In this document: piece after piece, positions 1-12,075 of the stretch | Layout of the letters: the number at the start of each line of letters is the position of its first letter | Position numbering within the stretch: position 1 is the stretch's first letter | DNA from: Octopus sinensis | Lineage: Eukaryota | Assembly: GCF_006345805.1 (NCBI RefSeq) | Contig: NC_043005.1 | Span: 7,626,001 to 7,690,000, forward strand | Length of the DNA stretch: 64,000 bases | Direction of reading: 5' to 3' | Notes under the pieces: generated by a model | Seen by the model: the letters and a program-made list of their open reading frames with translations, nothing else | What the model was told of the DNA's origin: nothing | Databases searched by the model: none | Made by a program: the position numbers and the translations under genes

Positions 1-270
1 GTCGTATATATGTATATATATATATATATAAGTGTGTGTGAGTATGTTTGTGTGTCTGTGTTTGTTTCCCTAGCATTGCTTGACAACTGATGCTGGTGTG
101 TTTACGTCCCTGTCACTTAGCGGTTCGGCAAAAGAGACCGATAGAATAAGTACTGGGCTTACAAAGAATAAGTCCCGGGGTCGATTTGCTCGACTAAAGG
201 CGGTGCTCCAGCATGGCCGCAGTCAAATGACTGAAACAAGTAAAAAGAGTAAAAAGAAAAAGAGTAAAAG
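1..270 (+). mobile_element. SINE family A, 3' part
   Basis: Matches the 3' half of full copies at 2777 and 14686; ends in an (AAAAGAGT)n-type tail about 12 bp from the ZNF stop codon. Confidence 0.85.
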
Positions 271-281
271 GATTCCACATT

Positions 282-1862
282 TCAATTAATAGGATTCCTC
301 TCAGAATGTAGTTGTTCATGTCTTTTTAAATGACGACTAGTGATAAATGACTTCTTGCATGTTCCACAATGATAGGGTCTTTCTCCAGTGTGACTGCGTT
401 TGTGGTCCACAAGATTGGAAGTATTAATGAATGATTTCTTGCATATTCCACAATGATATGGCTTTTCTCCTGTGTGAGTACGTTTGTGAACAACAAGACT
501 TGAATTATTAATGAATGATTTTCCACATGTCTCACAGTGGAAAGGCTTTTCTCCCGTGTGACTACGTTTGTGAACTACTAGACTAGAATGGAAAGAGAAG
601 GATTTTCCACAGATTTCACAATGATAGGGTTTTTCTCCAGTGTGACTTCGTACGTGGAGAACAAGATTCCAGTTATTGATGAAAGATTTTCCGCATATTT
701 CACAGGGGAAGGGTTTTTCCCCCGTGTGGACCCGTTTGTGTTTTGTTAAATCCCCAGTAGAGGCAAAACCTTTCCCACATACTTCACAGTGGAAAGGTTT
801 TTCTCCCGTGTGGATTCGTTTGTGAGTTGTTAAATTACTGTTTATCATAAACGATTTTCCACACAGTTCACAGTGGAAGGGTTTCTCTCCAGTGTGGCTA
901 CGTATGTGGACACCAAGATTTGAATTATTAATAAAAGATTTTCCGCATATTTCACAGTGGAACGGCTTTTCCCCAGTGTGTATTCTTCTGTGTTTTGTTA
1001 AGACACTGTAATAAACAAAAGATTTTCCGCATATTTCACAGTGGAAAGGTTTTTCTCCAGTGTGACTACGCATGTGAATAACAAGTTGAGAATTCTTAAT
1101 AAAAGATTTTCCACATGTCTCACACTGGAACGGTTTTTCTTCAGAGTGGATTCGTTTGTGACTTGTTAAATAGCTATTATTGACAAAAGATTTTCCGCAC
1201 ATTTCACAGTGATACGGTTTTTCCCCAGTGTGACTCCGTATGTGAACTGTAAGCTTAGAATTAGAGATAAAAGTTCTTCCACATATTTCACAGTGAAACA
1301 GATTTTCTCCACTGTGCATTCGTTTGTGTGTTGTTAACATACTGTTAGAAATAAAAGATTTTTTACATATTTCACAAGCATAGGGTTTCTCTCCAGTGTG
1401 GTTACGTTTGTGGATTGTGAGCTGAGAATTATCAATGAATGCCTTCCCACATACTTCGCAATGATATGGCTTTTTCCCACTGTGAATTTGTTGATGTCTT
1501 TTTAAGTGACTGCTAGTAATAAAGGATTTCTCGCATACTTCACAGTGAAATGGTTTTTCTCCAGAGTGGATTTTTTTATGTTTAGTCAAGACACTGTTGG
1601 ATACAAAATATTTGCCGCAAATTTCACAGTGGAAGAGTTTTTCCCTATTATGCATTTTTTTGTGCAAGGAGACTCCATGTTTTGATGAGAATGTTTTCTG
1701 ACAAACGCTACAGTTATATTCAGGAATATTTTTGTGTAATATTATTTCTTCAGTAAATGTTTCGTTGCATAAAGGTTTCTCATCACTGTATGTTTGTGTA
1801 AATGTATCTATATTGTTAAATACAGGTGTGTTTGAAGTATCCAAGTGATTAACATCCTCCAT
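282..1862 (-). CDS. C2H2 zinc-finger protein, 526 aa, 17 tandem fingers, no recognisable effector domain
   Basis: Uninterrupted ORF with 17 CX2C-X12-HX3H motifs joined mostly by TGEKP linkers, after a ~48-aa acidic N-terminus. Confidence 0.95.
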   Translation of the reverse strand: MEDVNHLDTSNTPVFNNIDTFTQTYSDEKPLCNETFTEEIILHKNIPEYNCSVCQKTFSSKHGVSLHKKMHNREKLFHCEICGKYFVSNSVLTKHKKIHSGEKPFHCEVCEKSFITSSHLKRHQQIHSGKKPYHCEVCGKAFIDNSQLTIHKRNHTGEKPYACEICKKSFISNSMLTTHKRMHSGENLFHCEICGRTFISNSKLTVHIRSHTGEKPYHCEMCGKSFVNNSYLTSHKRIHSEEKPFQCETCGKSFIKNSQLVIHMRSHTGEKPFHCEICGKSFVYYSVLTKHRRIHTGEKPFHCEICGKSFINNSNLGVHIRSHTGEKPFHCELCGKSFMINSNLTTHKRIHTGEKPFHCEVCGKGFASTGDLTKHKRVHTGEKPFPCEICGKSFINNWNLVLHVRSHTGEKPYHCEICGKSFSFHSSLVVHKRSHTGEKPFHCETCGKSFINNSSLVVHKRTHTGEKPYHCGICKKSFINTSNLVDHKRSHTGERPYHCGTCKKSFITSRHLKRHEQLHSERNPIN

Positions 1863-2186
1863 ATTTATTCTTCAGGAATTCTTAAAAACTGAGAAATATG
1901 AGAATATAATTTATGGTTCAATTTCTTGTCTTGTATACGATGAGAACTCTGCTATCATGCATGAAAAATATACAATGTAGATATATTTTCAAATAATCAT
2001 AAGAATGACTGGTCCTTTACTGGTACACATATTGTTGTATACAAAAAGCTTCTGTCTACTTAAAAAAAACGTTGGTATGGTTAATGAATGCTATGTAGAT
2101 GAAAAATATGTCCATATGTGATTGGTGGTAAATGTTTCGGTGAAAGCATCTACATCTGCTCATCTTGCAATGGAATACTCAGCAGA

Positions 2187-2210
2187 ACTGTAAAAGAAAA
2201 GATATGACAG
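2187..2210 (-). promoter_or_regulatory. Probable 3' splice acceptor of the ZNF coding exon
   Basis: Minus strand reads gtcatatcttttcttttacag|ttctg, about 325 bp upstream of the ATG. Confidence 0.5.
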
Positions 2211-2298
2211 TGTAAGAAAGATGTTAAAGAAAGAAAATGCATGCATGTATATACATGTATGTGTGTGTGTGTATATATATATATATCTCAATAATAAA

Positions 2299-2745
2299 GG
2301 CGGTGAGCTGGCAGAAACGTTAGCACGCCGGGCGAAATGCGTAGCCATATTTTGTCTGCTGTTACGTTCTGAGTTCAAATTCCACTGAGGTCGACTTTGC
2401 CTTTCATCCTTTCGGGGTCGATAAACAAAGTACCAGTTACGCACTGGGGTCGTTCTAATCGACGTAGTCCCTTTGTCTGTCCTTGTTTGTCCCCTCTATG
2501 TTTAGCCCCTTGGGGGCAATAAAGAAATAAGAAACGTTAGCACGCCGGGCGAAATGCGTAGCCGTATTTCGTCTGCTGTTACGTTCTGAGTTCAAATTCC
2601 TCTGAGGTCGACTTTGCCTTTCATCCTTTCGGGGTCGATAAATTAAGTACCAGTTATGCACTGGGGTTGATATAATCGACTCAGTCCGTTTGGCTGTCAT
2701 TGTTTGTCCTTTCTGTGTTTAGTCCTTGTGGGTAGTAAAGAAATA
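2299..2745 (+). mobile_element. SINE family B, tandem dimer
   Basis: tRNA-like head (ggcggtgagctggcagaaacgttagc...gagttcaaattcc), central gcctttcatcctttcggggtcgataaa and AAAGAAATA tail, present twice. Confidence 0.85.
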
Positions 2746-2776
2746 TATATATTTGGGTAGTAAAAATATATATATA

Positions 2777-3170
2777 GGCACAGGAGTGGCTGCGTGGTAA
2801 GTAGCTTGTCTACCAACCACATGGTTCCGGGTTCAGTCCCACTGTGTGGTACCTTGGGCAAGTGTCTTCTACTATAGCCTCGGGCCGACCAAAGCCTTGT
2901 GAGTGGATTTGGTAGACAGAAACTGAAAGAAGCCCGTCGTATATATGTATGTATGTGTGTTTGTGTGTCTGTGTTTGTCCCCCTAGCATTGCTTGACAAC
3001 CGATGCTGGTGTGTTTATGTCCCCGTTACTTAGCGGTTCGGCAAAAGAGACCGATAGAATAAGTACTGGGCTTACAAAAGAATAAGTCCCGGGGTCGAGT
3101 TGCTCGATTAAAGGCGGTGCTCCAGCATGGCCGCAGTCAAATGATTGAAACAAGTAAAAGAGTAAAAGAG
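2777..3170 (+). mobile_element. SINE family A, full length (tRNA head plus CORE-like ccttgggcaag)
   Basis: A box tggctgcgtgg, B box ggttcagtccc, internal TA/TG microsatellite, AAAAGAGT tail. Confidence 0.9.
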
Positions 3171-3443
3171 TATATATATATATATATATCAATAAAATTA
3201 TCCACACAAACATGGAAAGGTGGACATCAAAACGCTGATAGATATGTAGGTATCCAATAAACTATGTGCTGTGGAAATCAGAGAAAGAAAATATATGTCA
3301 TCTGAACACATGGGTAACTTTGATGCATGTGTCACTGATGAAGCTAGGAACATAGGGATAAGATATGAGAGTGGACAGGTATATCAACACGGTAAGTTGA
3401 CCAGCATACATACTTAAAGAAATCTAAGTATGATTAGAAAATA

Positions 3444-3856
3444 GCGCAGGAGTGGCTGTGTGGTAAGTAGCTTGCTTACCAACCACATGGTCCCGGATTC
3501 AGTCCCATTGCGTGGCACCTTGGGCAAGTGTCTTCTACTGTAGCCTCGGGCCAACCAAAGCCTTCTGAGTGGATTTGGTAGACGGAAACTGAAAGAAGCC
3601 CGTCGTATATATGTATATGTATATATGCGTATGTGTGTTTGTGTGTCTGTGTTTGTCCCCCTAGCATTGCTTGACAACCGATGCTGGTGTGTTTATGTCC
3701 CCGTCACTTAGCGGTTCGGCAAAAAGAGACCGATAGAATAAGTACTGGGCTTACAAATAAGAATAAGTCCTGGGATCGATTTGCTCGATTAAAGGCGGTG
3801 CTCCAGCATGGCCGCAGTCAAATGATTGAAACAAGTAAAATAGTAAAATAGTAAAT
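3444..3856 (+). mobile_element. SINE family A
   Basis: Near-identical to the copy at 2777-3170. Confidence 0.9.
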
Positions 3857-3864
3857 AGTAAATC

Positions 3865-4290
3865 AGAAGGTGACTGAGACATTAGTGCATGTCTTTGTAT
3901 CATCATGACTTGACAATGTGTTACTCTGTGGCCTACCAAGAGATACCAAGAGATTGCAGCTCATTCAAAATACAGCAGTTAGAGTAGCTGTGAGGAGAAT
4001 GAAATTTGACCGTATTTCCCAGCATATAAAGGCTCTACACTAAGTTCCCCAATACATTAGTGAACTACTTTAGGGCAAAAGAGTTAAGAGTGTGAGATAA
4101 AGTTGAAATAAATTCCTTGTTGTACCTTACCAGGTACTAAAATGGAGAGCTGTGGTGATCAAGCTTTCTGTAAGTCAGGCCCAGCTCTCTGGAAAGTACC
4201 TCTTTCTTCTTCTGTCTGCACAAACTGCACCAGCTAAGTCAACTTTCAAATCAAATTGGGAGATTTATCTTTTCAGGAAATACTGGTAGT
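3865..4290 (+). mobile_element. L2-clade LINE 3' fragment, decayed
   Basis: Translates to LVHVFVSS*LD..GLP..KRLQLIQNTAVR..FDRISQHIKALH and GDQAFCKSGPALWK, typical of the L2 ORF2 C-terminus. Confidence 0.75.
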
Positions 4291-4371
4291 AAACTGTCTT
4301 TTAAAAAATTCTCACGTTATGTCTATATGGATGGACAATTAGAACACTTATGAATATATTTTAATTTTAAT

Positions 4372-4775
4372 GGACATAAAAGTGACTGTGTGGTAAGTGG
4401 TTTGTTTATGAACTACATGTTTCTGGGTTCAGTCCCACTGCGTGGCACCTTGGGCAAGTGTCTTCTACTATAGCCTCGGGCTGACCAAAGCCTTATGAGT
4501 GGATTTGGTAGATGGAAACTGAAAAAAGCCCGTCATATATATATGTATATATATATATGTGTGTGTGTGTGTATATATTTGTGTGTCTGTTTGTCCCTGC
4601 AACATCGCTTGACAACCAATGCTGGTGTGTTTACGTCCCCGCAACTTAGTGGTTCGGTGAAAGAGACTGATAGAATAAGTACTAGGCTTACAGAGAATAA
4701 GTCCTGGGATCGATTTGCTCGATTAAAGGTGGTGCTCCAGCATGGCTACAGTCACATGACTGAAACAAGTAAAAG
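4372..4775 (+). mobile_element. SINE family A, older copy
   Basis: Colinear with the other A copies but more diverged. Confidence 0.85.
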
Positions 4776-5509
4776 TATATATGACTATATATTTTGTGGG
4801 GTGGAGTGAGTTGATTGTTATGCCTGGTCAGCATGACTGTTGGTTTTGCTCCTACAGAGTGCTTAGGCCAAAGGTGACTCACCAGACTCAAATGGCTGTA
4901 GGCACATAACCACTCCACAATTGTTTGAAGTGATGTACAGATTTTATATATTAAGAAAAAGGAGGTAGTCAGATGTGGATAAAAACATTCAGCACTTCTG
5001 TTCCTTTCAAGGATTCACCATGAATCCTTAGAGAAAATTCGTACCTTTTATATATATGTGACAAAAAAAAAAAACTTGAGTTGAATTCGGTTTCTAGGGT
5101 TTTGGAAGTGGTTATTTGAGATGTTCTTTGTCATTTTGAATTTCTATATGTAAATTTTTAAACACTTTACCCCCCCCCTCACACATATAAAAACAAAATA
5201 GCAAAGTGTTTTAAAAACAGGAAAAGAAGCATTCAATATTTTGGTCAGGGACATTAAAAAAGAAAAGAAAAAAAAAACGGGGTGGACATTAGATCTCTGA
5301 GCACAGGTGTGCTCAGTCAGGCTGAGCTGTGCCTAAACAATAACACTATTTCATTGAAAACGATGACCATATATCTATTTACACACACATGTACATAGAT
5401 GTGTGTAAAAGAAGTGCAGAAACACTACGAAGAAGTTATCTCAGCTCAAAACAAAAGACAAAAGGCTAATTAATTTCCTCTATTTCTAACAGATCTTCCC
5501 TATTCTTCT

Positions 5510-5870
5510 CATTAAGAGTATTGGGAACTCAAACACTCAGCTTGCTGACTTTTGCTCTTTTTCCAAGTGGTGGATTGGGATGTGAAGTCAACTGCTAATT
5601 CCCGAGTACTTTTACGAGGAGTGAATTCCACAAATTCTCTTAAAGCGTCTCGATCGAAATCTGATGAGCGTCTTGATCCGAGTTGATCTCCTAAAGACAC
5701 GTCTCCGGATCGAAGCTTTGAAAGCCAATTTCGCACTGTCGGTTAGTAACGACACCCTGGCCATAAACACTGCATTATTTTTTTTAGCTGTTTCTGTAGT
5801 GTTTTTTTTTTCATTCTTAAACTCTCACATCATATGTCGAATATGCATTTTCGGTTCATCCATTTTAGCT
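5510..5870 (-). mobile_element. Mariner transposase N-terminal remnant
   Basis: MDEPKMHIRH...KLRSGDVSLGD..SRRSSDFDRDALREFVEFTPRKSTRELA resembles the mariner HTH region; frameshifted. Confidence 0.75.
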
Positions 5871-6443
5871 GAGTGAGATTTACTATTAAAATGTGATTGA
5901 CAGTTGAGGCTCTTTTAAAAACGGTGGTTTCCATTTCAGGTGTAAAGATCAATAGTTCGAAATGCGTCGTTACAATTAACTCCCCCCCTCTCAATTTATG
6001 ACTCGATCCAATAATTGCTATTGGTGTTTCACTACTGAGATTTCAGGTGATGCACGTGAGGGTACTTGGCTGTTTCAACGCCTTAGCCTCGCCATCTCCC
6101 GCGGTAATGCCGCGATCGTGTTGGCTTGCGTCAGTTGAACTTTGACGTGCGCGACCATTTGAGGCACTTGATGTTGAATTGATGTTTCTTTATTCTTCTT
6201 TTTTCTCCCGGTTTTGTATTTGTATTTTTAATGTTTTTATATTATATATGTGTCATATACATACGTATGTAAAAAAATGATTTAATCTTAAATTTCACTC
6301 TGAAGAAAGCCAAGGCGCGGTTGTTTCCCTTGGCACTAAACTAAAAACCAATTAATTCGATAATTAATTTCGTACTTTGTCTCCATGGGGCAAATTATAA
6401 TTTAAAGTTTTCTTGTTATACAATAGATTAGGGAATCAACAAC

Positions 6444-6721
6444 GGTACTACTAGCGAACAGTGGTCCCGGTGCGTGCACACGCGTAGTCGCGCTAGCTAG
6501 TCGTGACTAGTCGATCCTACAACGACCACCTAGCAAAGTAAATAAAACACAAAATAAATAGTTTTTGTTATACAAAGTAAATAAAACACAAAAGCACAAA
6601 GTAAATAATTTTAAAAATAAATTAAATAACACAAAAACACAAAGTAAAGATCGACTAGTCATGACTAGCTAGCGCGGATACGCGAGTACGCGCACCGGGA
6701 CCACTGTTCGCTAGTAGTACC
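6444..6721. mobile_element. MITE with ~70-bp TIRs and 9-bp TSD (Merlin- or Mutator-like)
   Basis: TIR GGTACTACTAGCGAACAGTGGTCCCGGTGCG.../...CGCACCGGGACCACTGTTCGCTAGTAGTACC, flanked by atcaacaac on both sides. Confidence 0.85.
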
Positions 6722-7121
6722 ATCAACAACAACATCATCAAAGCTAGTAACCCTATAATCTTGAAATAGTTAAATATTCTAAAGTTTGAGTTTTGAAAAC
6801 AATGAAGTGCGATGGAATTAAAAAAAAATTAAAATCCCATTGAAGTGCTTGTGATAGATGTATTAAAAAAATACTTACGAGACACTATTGTTAGATATGG
6901 TTAATAAAAGAGATTTCGACAGGACAATACGGAGATGCCATCAAGTTGAGTCTTTATGAAGTGAATAAACTCAGCAATGAAATGTCACTAAAAGGCTATA
7001 AATACAGAGGTACATACAGATTTATTATTAGAGACACTTTCGTACTAATTCTTTTAACAGACCAGTATGATAGACACTGTGAAGATGATAAAACAAATAC
7101 TACATTTTAATATATGTAATA

Positions 7122-7517
7122 CTAGCAGTATCGCCCGGCGTTGCTCGGGTTTGTAAGGGAAATAACTATAAAGCATTTTTAGAGAGTTATAGCCAAAAAA
7201 ATAGCACAAAATTGCATTAAAAATGGAAAAAAAATGATGGTAATTTTTTTTAAATCGTTGACTCATCGTAGACATTTTTAGAGAGTTACTTCCCTTATAT
7301 AATAGCGAAAAAATGCATTAAAATGGAAAAAAATGATGGTAAATTATTTTAAAAATCGTAGACTCATCGTAGACGCGCGCTAATACCCAGAAGGGCTCCA
7401 TATGAATCACGACTATAAGATACCCGGTTTTGGTTAAACTGCACCGCAAAATGTGGGAGTAGTTAGGAATCTAAATCGTAGGAGACAGACACACAACCTT
7501 ACTTTTATATATAAAGA
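7122..7517 (-). mobile_element. Non-autonomous Helitron (family E)
   Basis: Minus strand: 5' TC, subterminal cccgagcaacgccggg hairpin, 3' CTAG, inserted in an A|T site. Confidence 0.85.
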
Positions 7518-7682
7518 TATTTCATTGATTGAAGTTTTGTTATAAAAATCTTTATCGTTACGTTTCCCTGAAATGTAAACATACCACGTTGAGAACGAAA
7601 GAATTTTGTTTGATAATCTTGTTTCGTTTTAATATCGGCATATCAACATTGAGGCTACGTAAATTTTATGAAGTATTAATAT

Positions 7683-7870
7683 CTATTTCTTTATTGCTCA
7701 CACAGGGCTAAACATAGAGGGGACAAACAAGGACAGACAAATGGATTAAGTCGATTACATCGACCTCAGTGCGTAGCTGGTACTTATTTAATCGACCCCC
7801 CCTCCCCGAAAGGATGAAAGGCAAAGTCGACCTCGGCGGAATTTGAACTCAGAACGTAGCAGGAGAAATG
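7683..7870 (-). mobile_element. SINE family B, head truncated by MITE D
   Basis: Reverse complement of the family B body. Confidence 0.8.
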
Positions 7871-7874
7871 CCGC

Positions 7875-8010
7875 GGATCTTTTCGGTTTGAACGGCAGTT
7901 TTTTCTAGCGATGTCATATGAAATTGTCACCCATAATTATGACCCTAGTATCGATCTATTGCATTTCAATCTGTTTTAGGGTTAGGGTTAGTTAGGATTA
8001 GGGGTAGTTG
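7875..8010 (+). mobile_element. MITE family D, left-end fragment
   Basis: TIR GGATCTTTTCGGTTTGAACGGCAGTTTTT followed by TTAGGG repeats. Confidence 0.8.
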
Positions 8011-8119
8011 TTACACTAGATAATAACAGAGTTAAGGATATCTTCACAAATTAATTTTTTGTGAACTGTGAACTATTTTTTCTTGTGAGTTATTTGCTCT
8101 GTATATATATATATATTCA

Positions 8120-8174
<55 letters not shown>

Positions 8175-8206
8175 TCACATATACATACATACACACACAC
8201 ATATAA

Positions 8207-8350
8207 TCATCATCATCATCATCGTTTAGCGTCCGTTTTCCATGCTAGCATGGGTTGGACGGTTCAACTGGGGTCTGTGAAGCCAAAAGGCTTCATCAGG
8301 CCCAGTCAGATCTGGCAGTGTTTCTGCGGCTGGATGCCCTTCCTAACGCC
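8207..8350 (-). mobile_element. RTE-tail-related repeat (family F) 3' end
   Basis: (CAT)n tail plus ggatgcccttcctaa motif, as at 19654 and 20234. Confidence 0.7.
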
Positions 8351-8466
8351 ATATATATATATATATAATATATATATATATTATATATTATATACATATA
8401 TATATACACACACATATATATATGTATATATATATATGTATATATATATATATGTATATATATGTA

Positions 8467-8497
<31 letters not shown>

Positions 8498-8583
8498 GTA
8501 GGTCCCGGGTTGATTCGGGGTTAACCACAGTAAATAAGGTACTCAATACATAGCAGAGTAAAATTAATTTATTATATAGAAGG

Positions 8584-8634
8584 AGCTTCTACAGGACTAG
8601 AACTGTTTCATTCAAGAGAAATCTTCAGGAAGCT
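8584..8634 (-). ncRNA. Type I minimal hammerhead ribozyme motif
   Basis: agcttc-CTGAAGA-t ttc tctt gaa t-GAAA-cag ttctagtc ctg-TA-gaagct; helices I and III pair, cleavage triplet GUA. Confidence 0.7.
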
Positions 8635-9598
8635 AGTTAACAAGAATTGTATTGGCATTTATACATTTAGGCAGGTTTAAAGGGGTGGTGGTGGGGGACT
8701 TTTTGGGGGTAGGCATAGCGCAAAATATCATACTGGGGGAGTGGTCAAGGAGTCAGTGGTAAATTAGATAAAAGAATAAATAAAAAAGTAAAAAAATATA
8801 TATAAAAAAGAATAGAGTTTTAGGTAAATAAGGAGATTCTCACTTATACCTATACACATATGTATACATATATACACACACATACATACATATATACATA
8901 CACACATACATACACGCACACACATATACATATATATACACATACACATACATATACATATCTACACATACACATATATATATACATACACTCACTCACA
9001 TGCATACACGTATACACACATGTATATATACACACACGACCACACATACATATACACACAGAAAAATATATATACATACACACATACACACATGCACACA
9101 CAGCACACTAGTCCCTATATACACATATATACACATACACACATATATATACATACACATACATATACATACATATATATATATATACATATGTGTACCT
9201 ATACATACCTACACATACACACATATATATATACATACAAATACAGACCCATTCTCTAATTTTAATTTTATTATCTTCATTTATTACTTTTGTTATCTTT
9301 GACCGCTGGTCCCAAGGATCTTGGCTATGACAGCAAGTCCATTTATCTGTCTACTTGAAAACAAGCACTCATTCACGCACGCACACTCATTAGCACGTAC
9401 ACTCACTCATTCGTACACTCATACACATACACGCACGCACGCGTTATATTCATACATACATACATCTACATACCTTCACGTATATACACATACGTACGCG
9501 TACCTACAGATTCATGTCTACACTCTTAGAAGGCTAGTCTATACATATACACCAATAAATATATATATACACACACATACATATACACCTACATACAA

Positions 9599-9642
<44 letters not shown>

Positions 9643-10236
9643 TATACATATACATATACATATATATACACATATATATACATACATATATATATACAAA
9701 AAATATATATACACACATATATATATACACATACACATACATACATATACACACATACACATACATACGTATACATACATACATACATCCATACATCCAT
9801 ACATACATACATTTATACACATACACACACCCATATATATATATACATACACACACATACATACATATACATACATACATATACAAATATACGCACACAC
9901 ATACATACATACACATATACACATACACGCAAATACACATGTACATGCGTACCCATACACACACACACACACACACACGCATCCATATATACACACACAC
10001 ACATATACATGTGTGCAAACATACATACATACTCATACACGCACACACACTTACATATACATATATGCACACACTTACACACATATATACATACACATAT
10101 ACATACATACATACATACATATATGCCTACATACACACACACATATATATATACATATATACACATACACATACCTATACATATATATACACACATACAT
10201 ATACACATGCACATACTTATATCTCTACATACTCGC

Positions 10237-10283
<47 letters not shown>

Positions 10284-10349
10284 TACATATACCCATATAC
10301 ATGTATATATACACACACATATATATATATATACACATCTACAATTTGT

Positions 10350-10566
10350 ATCTACTTAGAATCCAACTTAACTAAAGCTAACTTCCTTGATGTCACCCTC
10401 AACTTAAAAACCTCACTTTATTACCCGTACCACAAACCGAATGAATCCCTTAGATATATAGATATTAATTCCAACCACCCCAAAAATATATTAGATAACC
10501 TAGTAAAAAGTGTCTCAATTAGAATTTCTAGCCTTAATATCTTTAAGGCCGCAGCCCCCTATTACA
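10350..10566 (+). pseudogene. Penelope-like (Neptune-type) reverse transcriptase thumb fragment
   Basis: NFLDVTLNLKTSLYYPYHKPNESLRYIDINSNHPKNIL...RISSL..IFKAAAPYYN fits the PLE FLD...KP...SNHP motif series. Confidence 0.8.
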
Positions 10567-11332
10567 ACGTATGTGTATATACGTGAAGGTATGTAGATGT
10601 ATGTATGTATGAATATAACGCGTGCGTGCGTGTATGTGTATGAGTGTACGAATGAGTGAGTGTACGTGCTAATGAGTGTGCGTGCGTGAATGAGTGCTTG
10701 TTTTCAAGTAGACAGATAAATGGACTTGCTGTCATAGCCAAGATCCTTGGGACCAGCAGTCAAAGATAACAAAAGTAATAAATGAAGATAATAAAATTAA
10801 AATTAGGAATGGGTCTGTGTATTTGTATGTATATATATGTGTGTATGTGTAGGTATGTATAGGTACACATATGTATATATATATATATATATATGTATGT
10901 ATATGTATGTGTATGTATATATATGTGTGTATGTGTATATAGTGTATATAGGACTAGTGTGCTGTGTGTGCATGTGTGTATGTGTGTATGTATATATATT
11001 TTTTGTGTGTATATGTATGTGTATGTGTATATATATGTATATGTGTGTGTGTGTATGTATGTGTGTATGTATATATGTATGTATGTGTGTGTATATATGT
11101 ATACATATGTGTATAGGTATAAGTGAGAATCTCCTTATTTACCTAAAACTCTATTCTTTTTTATATATATTTTTTTACTTTTTTATTTATTCTTTTATCT
11201 AATTTACCACTGACTCCTTGACCACTCCCCCAAGTATGATATTTTGCGCTATGCCTACCCCCCAAAAGTCCCCCACCACCACCCCTTTAAACCTGCCTAA
11301 ATGTATAAATGCCAATACAATTCTTGTTAACT

Positions 11333-11383
11333 AGCTTCCTGAAGATTTCTCTTGAATGAAACAGTTCTAGTCCTGTAGAAGCT
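11333..11383 (+). ncRNA. Type I minimal hammerhead ribozyme motif
   Basis: Same sequence as 8584-8634, in the opposite arm. Confidence 0.7.
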
Positions 11384-11400
11384 CCTTCTATATAATAAAT

Positions 11401-11447
<47 letters not shown>

Positions 11448-11464
11448 TATATATGTATATATAT

Positions 11465-11671
11465 GTAAGTCCCAGGTTGAGTCGGGGTTAACCACAGTAA
11501 ATAAGGTACTCAATACATGGCAGAGTGAATTAATTTATTTTATAGAAGGAGCTTCTACAGGACTAGAACTGTTTCATTCAAATGAAATCATCAGGAAGCT
11601 TCAGGAAGCTTCCTGTTGATTTCATTTGAATGAAACAGTTCTAGTCCCGTAGAAGCTCTTCTATAAAATAA

Positions 11672-11675
<4 letters not shown>
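11465..11675. mobile_element. PLE 3'-end fold-back with two inverted hammerhead motifs (11550-11600 -, 11607-11657 +)
   Basis: Sister of the 8498 terminus; cores are CTGATGA (-) and CTGTTGA (+); embedded in (TA)n. Confidence 0.75.
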
Positions 11676-11702
<27 letters not shown>

Positions 11703-11989
11703 AACATTACTTTTTATAATTATGAGTATAAATTATAATTAGGGTTCAGCAAAAGAATTTGCTTTGCCACATACCGAACTTTTAGAAATAGCAGCCAAAG
11801 AACTTAGCTATTTCTTCTAGTATAAGAAGAATCTCCCAGACAACGTATACTCAAAAACAATTCACTTAGGCATAGAGGAAAAAAATAATGAAAATTCACT
11901 TGGCATTTGATTACTTGTGGACACGTTTCTGAGTTAGATAGATATGGAGATGCAAGAATTACATTTGACACTTCTTTCCTTTTGCTTTC

Positions 11990-12075
11990 AATCAAGGTTC
12001 TAAGGCTGTGTATGGAAAGGGTGCCATAGCTGAAAGAACCGCTTGTGATTGGTATACCAAGTTCAAAAATGAAAA
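11990..12075 (+). mobile_element. Mariner HTH fragment
   Basis: Translates to AVYGKGAIAERTACDWYTKFKNEN. Confidence 0.6.

Larger units (their letters stand above)
8498..11400. mobile_element. Penelope-like retroelement with inverted pseudo-LTRs
   Basis: Arms 8567-9495 and 10567-11400 are inverted repeats, each with a hammerhead-like motif and AATAAA; an RT fragment lies between them; flanked by (TA)n. Confidence 0.85.

Noticed and set aside
6295-6350. Hammerhead at ctgaagaaagccaagg...ccttggcactaaac
   Set aside because: GAAA and helices I/III could not be formed; at most a decayed remnant.
8061-11202. Long Y/I/H/T and C/V/M/Y-rich ORFs (also at 24.0-24.4 kb and 48.9-49.6 kb)
   Set aside because: Translations of TA/CA microsatellites; only 10350-10566 is protein-derived.
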